NCBI RefSeq assembly: GCF_000007225.1
Contig: NC_003364.1
Coordinates: 1,020,001-1,052,000 of the forward strand
Origin: Pyrobaculum aerophilum str. IM2
GTDB lineage: Archaea; Thermoproteota; Thermoprotei; Thermoproteales; Thermoproteaceae
Length of the DNA stretch: 32,000 nucleotides
Direction of reading: 5' to 3'
The position numbers were made by a program, and so were the translations under genes. Of the stretch, positions 9,254-15,523 are shown piece after piece (position 1 is the first letter of the stretch; every line of letters starts with the position of its first letter). The notes beneath the pieces were generated by a model. The model had not been told where the DNA came from. It saw only the letters and a list, made by a program, of their open reading frames with translations, and ran no database searches.

Positions 9254-10305
9254 TTATCGCGTCTACCTTCTATGAACTCTACCACTGCTCTATACGCCTC
9301 GTCGGGGCTCATGTGGACAGGCGGGTTTTTGAAACCCCACGCTGAGGCGCTTATCAACGGCCCGCCGATGCCGCGATCTAGCGCCAGTTTCGCCAGCCTT
9401 ACCGAGTCTGTGACCACAGCTGCGCTGTTCCAAGCGTCGTGGACGTCTAGCGTAGCCTCTATCCTAATGGAAAGGCCGCCGAATATCTCCGCCTCTATTA
9501 AAGTGTGGGCTATCTTCCTATCCCCTAGGAATTGGATGTAGGCAACTGGGGATATATATGCGTCGAACTCCTGGCCCATCGCCATCATTTTCACCGCGGC
9601 GGTCTTCGTCTTCTCCTTATCCCCCCTCCTATACATTAGATTTACAAAGTCAGGAGTCCCCCCCACGTTTATTTGATATGTATGCCTTATCTTCACCCCC
9701 CTAAGCGCCAGGAGCCGTATCAACGTCTTGTGAAGCACCGTGGCCCCGATCTGGTTTTGAGTATCGTCGCCGAGTAAGGGGACGCCCCTCTCCTGAAACC
9801 TCCTCTGCCAATATTCGCTCGTGGCGATAGGGGCAGGCATGGCGTTTACAAAGGCAACCCCCGCCCTCAGAGCCGCCTCGGCGTACGCCTCAGCGGCTTT
9901 CTTGGCGCCAGTCGGCAGGTAGTTAACCAACACCTCCGTATTAGTGGAGTTCAACTCTTTCACAACGTCTTCCACGCTTCCCTCTACCACCTTTGGCATT
10001 AGGCCAGCTGGCGGCACGCCATCTAGCGCCGGGCCTGGGCGCACGGTCACGCCCAATTTAGGCGGCTTGAACACCACAGTGGCGTTATTGGGAGGCTGGA
10101 ATATGGCCTCGGCCAAGTCAAGGCCCACCTTCCTGGCATCTATCTCAAAGGCTGAGGTAAAGACAATGTCGCGGGGCGTATAGCCGCCTATGTCTTTAAA
10201 CGCCACTATGGGGTCCAGCTCCGGGTTTCTCTTATACATCTCTATTCCTTGGACGAGGGCAGAGGCGCAGTTCCCCACTCCTACGATGCCAACTCTCACC
10301 TGCAT
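9250..10305 (-). CDS. ino1: myo-inositol-1-phosphate synthase (archaeal short form)
   Basis: 351 aa. N-terminal Rossmann motif VRVGIVGVGNCASALVQGIEMYK. The length and LLGDDTQNQIGATVLH region are typical of archaeal and bacterial MIPS. Confidence 0.85.
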   Translation of the reverse strand: MQVRVGIVGVGNCASALVQGIEMYKRNPELDPIVAFKDIGGYTPRDIVFTSAFEIDARKVGLDLAEAIFQPPNNATVVFKPPKLGVTVRPGPALDGVPPAGLMPKVVEGSVEDVVKELNSTNTEVLVNYLPTGAKKAAEAYAEAALRAGVAFVNAMPAPIATSEYWQRRFQERGVPLLGDDTQNQIGATVLHKTLIRLLALRGVKIRHTYQINVGGTPDFVNLMYRRGDKEKTKTAAVKMMAMGQEFDAYISPVAYIQFLGDRKIAHTLIEAEIFGGLSIRIEATLDVHDAWNSAAVVTDSVRLAKLALDRGIGGPLISASAWGFKNPPVHMSPDEAYRAVVEFIEGRRDK

Positions 10306-10362
10306 ATCGATCTAAACACACTTGTTAATAAACAATTCGGTAAGCAGAGGTTAAAAACCCGC

Positions 10363-12123
10363 TTATAGAAGTCTCTCCACAACGACCTCGGCGATGTCTT
10401 TAACCTCCACGGGGCTCTCCTTTGTCCTCTTGGCGTCGGAAAGCATTGCGTTGCAGAACGGACACAGCGTCACTATTGTTCTTGCCCCAGTCGCCGCCAG
10501 CTCTTCAAATCGTATGTGGCTTATCCTCTTCTCCTCAGGCACGTCGTACCAATAATTGCCCCCGCCTGCGCCACAGCAGAAGGTCTTTTCGCCGCGTCTC
10601 GGCGGTTCTTTTAACTGGCCTAGTCTGATCAATATCCTCCTCTGGGGATCCACCACCTTGTTGTATCTAGCTAAGTAACAGGGGTCGTGTATTGTCATTA
10701 ACCGATCACCTGGCGTTATTGCAATTCTGCCCTCCTCAACTAGCTGTTGTAATATGTGAGTATGGTGATAAACCTCTAATTTTACCCCGAAATTGGGATA
10801 TTCGTTTTTAAATACATTATAGCCGTGCGGACATATAGTTATTAACTTCTTTACGCCATATTTCTCAAAAATCTCTTTATTAGCGAGAACTATCTCTTGA
10901 AATCTGCTCTCCTCCCCTATTCTCCTGACGGGATCCCCACAACAAGTCTCCTCGTCGCCAAGCACGGCTATTTTCTCCAACATATTCGCCTTCTTTAAAA
11001 TCTCGACAAAAGCCTTCACTATTTCTCTAGTCCTTCCGTCGAAGCTACCCATACAGCCAACCCACAACAAGTACTCAGCCTCAGGGTTTTCCCCTATTAG
11101 CTTCACGCCGAGATCTCTTAACCAATCGTGCCTGCCCGAGTTCGGCATAGACATGGTGTTATTATACTGGGACACTGACATTAGCACGTCTGCCACTTTT
11201 TTGTCAACTCTGCTCTGGGCAACCAGCGCCCTCCTCACGCCGTATATCACATCTAAATGGTTCACCTTAACTGGACAGCTATATACACACATGCCGCAAG
11301 TAGTACAAGCCCATACTTGTGGCTCAAGCTTCAGCGCCAATTCGTAATTGGGGTTATTTGAGTTCAAGGCGACAGTCCTAACCACTACTCTCGGCGACAA
11401 CAGCCTGCCAGCGGCTACCGCGGGGCAATTGGCATCACACGCGCCTATCTCGCCACAAGACTGGCATGAAAGCACTACCTCTTTATCCACGTCGGCAATT
11501 TTCTCATAGCCGAATTTCACTTCCTCGGGTTTCAACCTCCCCTCAATTACATCCTCTAGCCTAAAAGGCGTTTTGAAATGCGTTATTTCCCGTTTGTAAT
11601 TAACAATCAAATTAGCAGCCGGCTTGACGTAAAACGCCGCTAAAAGCGCGTTACGGACAGTGCCTATTGCCAGCGAAAGCCACGTAGCGAAAATTGAAAA
11701 CAATATGTCTGTTAATGTCAAGAGGATGATGAACAGGAGTATTAGCTGCATTTTATTCGACTCGGCGACGAAATCCCGTCCCTCGCCCAGTCTCCTGTGG
11801 ATAATGCCGCTTCTAATAAAGACCCCCACTCTATACGCCGCGGCGGCCGCGAGTCCCGCCATAATAGGTATCGAAATAATCCACAGCGCAAACGCCAGGG
11901 GGTATAAATAGTGGAAAATGGCTAGCAAAACTGATAGTACTATGCCGGCCGATATGGAAAAGTGCATATAGCCAACTCCGCCTTTAGAAGCCTCTTTAAA
12001 TTCATGTACTACGAGTGACATTAAATCAATTTTTAATTTATATAGTGATATTCTTTTTACTAAAAATATTATAAAAACTATAAATGTTGTTAAAAAAGCT
12101 ATTAATAAAATTTCATTTATCAT
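10363..12123 (-). CDS. membrane-anchored HdrD/DsrK/GlpC-like Fe-S oxidoreductase with two CCG domains
   Basis: 586 aa. The N-terminal ~190 aa holds about 5 TM helices. Two ferredoxin-type clusters follow (CQSCGEIGACDANCP and canonical CTTCGMCVYSCP). There are two cysteine-rich CCG motifs (EETCCGDP, KTFCCGAGGG) as in heterodisulfide reductase subunit D. Confidence 0.75.
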   Translation of the reverse strand: MINEILLIAFLTTFIVFIIFLVKRISLYKLKIDLMSLVVHEFKEASKGGVGYMHFSISAGIVLSVLLAIFHYLYPLAFALWIISIPIMAGLAAAAAYRVGVFIRSGIIHRRLGEGRDFVAESNKMQLILLFIILLTLTDILFSIFATWLSLAIGTVRNALLAAFYVKPAANLIVNYKREITHFKTPFRLEDVIEGRLKPEEVKFGYEKIADVDKEVVLSCQSCGEIGACDANCPAVAAGRLLSPRVVVRTVALNSNNPNYELALKLEPQVWACTTCGMCVYSCPVKVNHLDVIYGVRRALVAQSRVDKKVADVLMSVSQYNNTMSMPNSGRHDWLRDLGVKLIGENPEAEYLLWVGCMGSFDGRTREIVKAFVEILKKANMLEKIAVLGDEETCCGDPVRRIGEESRFQEIVLANKEIFEKYGVKKLITICPHGYNVFKNEYPNFGVKLEVYHHTHILQQLVEEGRIAITPGDRLMTIHDPCYLARYNKVVDPQRRILIRLGQLKEPPRRGEKTFCCGAGGGNYWYDVPEEKRISHIRFEELAATGARTIVTLCPFCNAMLSDAKRTKESPVEVKDIAEVVVERLL

Positions 12124-12166
12124 AAGTCTTTAAAACAGAAAGGCTATTAAGTATTCTCTTCGACAC

Positions 12167-12811
12167 TTACAAGACGTTTTTACATATATACTTGAAGGGG
12201 CAGGATTTACAATTCACATTAGGCGGCTTGTCCATCTGCAAAACAGACTTAATCTTGTATAGCATTTCAACCGCCTTGCTATCTCTCTCTACTTTTTCAA
12301 CTCTGTTCCTATATACTAAATAGCCGTAACGGGCTTTGAGCATGTGAATATAGATTTGTAGCTGTCTCCTGTGAGCTTCCCTACTGGCCAGGCCAGTCTT
12401 TATCTCCACAGGTATGTACTCATTTCCCTTCCTCATCACTATGTCTACCACGCCGACTAAGTCCCCAATTTCAATCTTGTACTCAGCGATAACGTTGTCG
12501 AATATAGACACGGCCCTCTCATATCTCTCATGGAGCAACCTCCCTTTAACTATAGCGACTGCGGAATCTATACTGAACAATTTAAGGCCGAGCTTGTACT
12601 GCGTCCATAATAATCTCGGGCAGTACTCGTAGTCGTTTATAACAGAGGGGGAAAGCCGCTTAAAGTCGTATCTATAAGCGTATACGTCGGGCAGTAGCCT
12701 AAATACTTCCTGCTCCTTTTTCATTTCCGTCAATGCTGTGTCCACGTCTAAGTGTTCCAAGTCTTTACAGTTTACAACAGTACAGAGAGGTCTAGGCAGA
12801 TAGAGTTCCAT
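12167..12811 (-). CDS. cas4: Cas4-family (DUF83) PD-(D/E)xK nuclease, stand-alone
   Basis: 214 aa. YEYCPRLLWTQY gives the N-terminal Cys. GVVDIVMRKGNEYIPVEIKTG is the D...ExK motif. QLQIYIHML is the QxxxY motif. The C-terminal CKSCPFKYIC (C-x2-C-x5-C) completes the 4-Cys cluster. No cas1, cas2 or CRISPR array is in the window. Met30 (12724) is an alternative start. Confidence 0.8.
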   Translation of the reverse strand: MELYLPRPLCTVVNCKDLEHLDVDTALTEMKKEQEVFRLLPDVYAYRYDFKRLSPSVINDYEYCPRLLWTQYKLGLKLFSIDSAVAIVKGRLLHERYERAVSIFDNVIAEYKIEIGDLVGVVDIVMRKGNEYIPVEIKTGLASREAHRRQLQIYIHMLKARYGYLVYRNRVEKVERDSKAVEMLYKIKSVLQMDKPPNVNCKSCPFKYICKNVL

Positions 12812-14345
12812 CGGTACCTATTATGCGGCCGAGTATTCTTGTTGGGCCGTTGCGAAACACGAACACTCCGCTGTCGATGTGCCAGGGTCGCGACAGCTCT
12901 ATTTTAACAACTCCGCTGTCTCCCACCATGAGCTCGCCTTTATCGATCTCCTTTATATACCCCCCCGTCCTCACGGCCTTGTAGTGAAAGACGCCGGAGA
13001 AGCCAGCTCTAATCACAGTGGGGTGTCTGAGCACTAACACGTCTGCAGTGACTTCCCTAACTGCCTTAAGAGGCCTCGCCGAGAGGACCATCCCCTTCTC
13101 AACCTTTTCAACTTTGTCCAGAGCTACTGTAATGAAGCTACCTGCCTTCGCCGACTCCACTGGGGTTCTATTGAAGTGAATTGACTTCACCACTGTCTGC
13201 ATCCACTTGCCGTCGCTATAAGGGCCGAGCCATACTCTATCTCCTACGTGTAAAATACCTTTCTCCACTAAGCCGCCTATCACAACGCCCACTCCTTTGA
13301 CTAAATATATGTCGGAAATATACATGAGGAATTCGCCTCCATAATCCCAACGCCTCCTTCTGGGGAGGAGGGAGAGGAATCTCAGCAAGAGGTCAAGCCC
13401 GTGGCCAGTCACGCTGGATACGTAGAACACCGGAGCCACCCGGCCCGCAGGCATGGCCTTGGCTGCCAAGACTACGTCGTTTGTGTCTTTAATTATGTAG
13501 GGGATTTTGCTCACGCCGGGCATTTTGAGAATTCTCACAACTTCCTCCACCGTCTTTTGAAAAACCTCGCTGGGGGTTATGTCAATTCTAGTCACAACTA
13601 CAAAAACCGGAATGCCTATGGCAACGGCTATGCCTAAATGTTCTTTAGTCATTTTCTGCACGCCGGAGTTAGCGGCTACAACTAACATAACATAGTCCGG
13701 CTGAGAGCTGAAAAGCCCCCTAAGCGCCGTCCTAAGGTATCTCTCGTGGCCGCCCACATCCACTAGCAACACCAGCTTATCCGACCTCTTATACACCTCG
13801 GCCTCGTCCAGCGGATCTATTAAACCGTGGTTCACAACTTTGTCGCCGCTGAAGCCCAACAGCCTTAGGGACACCGCAGAGGTCCGGCCCGTTAAAACCT
13901 CGTGTTTATACCTAGACGCGTAAGATCTAGCCAAGCCCTTCCCATCGTCTAACCTCCCAGTGGTTAAAACCCCCACCAACGTGGACTTTCCCGCGTCTAC
14001 GTTTCCAAGCGCGACAACTGTGACCGTGGGCGGCGGCTCCTCTCTGGAGACAGCCCTCAGCAACACCTCGGCCACTTTCCCTCTAATGCCCTCAGACACC
14101 CTCAGAATGTAAAGCGAGGCGCCGACGCGCCTCGCCATTTCCCGCAACGTCTCCAAAGCCTTTACTAACTCCTCATCGGGAAGCCCAAGGGGCCTACCGT
14201 CGTTAGAAACGCCAATTAAATATACCGCCTCGCCGCCGCCCTCAGCTAGCCGTCGCTTAAGCTGGCCGGCCATTCTGTCAACATCTTGCGGGCCGAGAGT
14301 AAGCTTATATTCCACGTTGCCGTCCTCAGACTCCGGCGGAAACAC
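12792..14345 (-). CDS. GTPBP1-family translational-type GTPase (EF-1alpha-like)
   Basis: 517 aa. N-terminal EDGNVEYKLTL motif. G1 is GNVDAGKST and G3 is DVGGHERY, followed by beta-barrel domains II and III. The 3' end overlaps the Cas4 start by 20 nt. Confidence 0.8.
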   Translation of the reverse strand: MFPPESEDGNVEYKLTLGPQDVDRMAGQLKRRLAEGGGEAVYLIGVSNDGRPLGLPDEELVKALETLREMARRVGASLYILRVSEGIRGKVAEVLLRAVSREEPPPTVTVVALGNVDAGKSTLVGVLTTGRLDDGKGLARSYASRYKHEVLTGRTSAVSLRLLGFSGDKVVNHGLIDPLDEAEVYKRSDKLVLLVDVGGHERYLRTALRGLFSSQPDYVMLVVAANSGVQKMTKEHLGIAVAIGIPVFVVVTRIDITPSEVFQKTVEEVVRILKMPGVSKIPYIIKDTNDVVLAAKAMPAGRVAPVFYVSSVTGHGLDLLLRFLSLLPRRRRWDYGGEFLMYISDIYLVKGVGVVIGGLVEKGILHVGDRVWLGPYSDGKWMQTVVKSIHFNRTPVESAKAGSFITVALDKVEKVEKGMVLSARPLKAVREVTADVLVLRHPTVIRAGFSGVFHYKAVRTGGYIKEIDKGELMVGDSGVVKIELSRPWHIDSGVFVFRNGPTRILGRIIGTDGTLSA

Positions 14346-14649
14346 TAAAAAACCGTGTGTTACATATTAAAAATGTATCGAAAGTTTTCAGCCCACTTCA
14401 GCTTTTGCTCGGCGCATAACTCTGCTAACAGTTAGGCACCTAGGCTATCTCAAGCTACCCAGGCTTGTATTCGAGGAAGATGGCTTTTTAACGGAAAAAT
14501 TGCTAACGACTATAAGAGGGCTTACTCCAGCAAATGGAAAAAACTTAAGGTTTAAAGCGGCAACAGGCCAAATGGGAAAATCCCCAGCGCCACATTGACA
14601 AAAACTATGGCATAAGCGAAAACTACTGACAAAGTGTTTAATACTTTAA

Positions 14650-14996
14650 TCAAGGGGTTAAGCGAGGGGCCTTTATGCGTCTGCTCCCGCCCTCACTGTA
14701 AATCTCCACCTCAAGCTTCCCCATTTGCACATCGCCTCTCTCCGTCACGAAACACGATAACGCCCTACCCATCCACTCCCCGTGCCACCGAAATGCGCGC
14801 TTGAGGGAGAAGACATGTCGTAGGGGAGGGCGTAGCGGAAATAAACGCCCCCCTCCCCCTCTGCCACCACTGCGTCTAAGCCGTAGAAGGCCCCTTGCGT
14901 GAAACACCCCCATGAGATGCCGAATTTGCGCTGTAAGGAAAATGCCTCTGGTAGCGCCACTTTTACACACGCCGCCTTAACCGCCTTAACTGTCAT
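14650..14996 (-). pseudogene. frameshifted tandem paralog of the 125-aa gene at 14986..15363
   Basis: Homology is split across track ORFs 14745..14996 (...AVVAEGEGGVYFRYAL) and 14650..14970 (KRAFRWHGEWMGRALSCFVTERGDV...). Nucleotide alignment to the intact copy shows 24 nt at 14803..14826 where the intact copy has 1 nt (net +23 nt), which breaks the frame. Confidence 0.6.
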
Positions 14997-15363
14997 CGCC
15001 CCTATACGCCACTTTAATCCAGTCGTCCACGAGTTTTATCTCTGGCCTTAGGTATACGCCGTGGGGCGTGTCAAATACATAAAACGCGGCCATCTTGTCG
15101 CCCACCTTGCATACGGCCTTCTTTTCCGTCACGAAACACGACATGGGCTTCCCCCTCCATTCCCCCTCCCACCAAAAGGCGCGCCTAAGGGCGTACTCAC
15201 TAATTAGCGGTTCGGCGTATTTTTCGCCGTATTCGGCGATTACGGCCTTAGCCATATCGCACATGCCGTAATACAGTTCAAGCCTTTTCACTACTTTCCC
15301 CTCATCGCCCGGCAAGATGGGCCACCTGAAGCATCTGCGGTACCACTCTTTCAACGCCGCCAT
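14986..15363 (-). CDS. small orphan protein of a locally repeated family (possibly paREP2a-like)
   Basis: 125 aa: ...LYYGMCDMAKAVIAEYGEKYAEPLISEYALRRAFWWEGEWRGKPMSCFVTEKKAVCKVGDKMAAFYVFDTPHGVYLRPEIKLVDDWIKV. Two further degraded copies lie in this window. It is divergently arranged with the 912-aa gene. The family name comes from memory of Pyrobaculum aerophilum annotation and is not verified. Confidence 0.6.
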   Translation of the reverse strand: MAALKEWYRRCFRWPILPGDEGKVVKRLELYYGMCDMAKAVIAEYGEKYAEPLISEYALRRAFWWEGEWRGKPMSCFVTEKKAVCKVGDKMAAFYVFDTPHGVYLRPEIKLVDDWIKVAYRGDDS

Positions 15364-15523
15364 TACCTGACTCTTAAGCTCAAGCCTCCTCCGCTCCTCC
15401 TCCTTCTTCCTACGCCACTCTAATACGCGGAGCCGCTCGTTCTTTATGTAATCTATGGCGCGTATGCGTTAAAATATTGCCTTAAATCTCGCTTAAGTTG
15501 TTTTTAAAAAGGCGCGGAAATAC

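Noticed and set aside
12167-12811. Cas4 as an indicator of a CRISPR-Cas locus in the window
   Set aside because: I scanned both strands for regularly spaced 24-37 nt direct repeats and for cas1, cas2, cas3 or cas7-like ORFs and found none. It is treated as a solo Cas4-family nuclease.
14346-14649. 304-bp gap between the GTPase gene and the decayed small-gene copy, as a possible RNA gene or small ORF
   Set aside because: Only very short ORFs (20 codons or fewer) and a trivial hairpin (CTAAC-AG-GTTAG-like) are present. There is no tRNA-like or box motif. It likely holds the GTPase promoter plus degraded repeat flank. I cannot support a feature.
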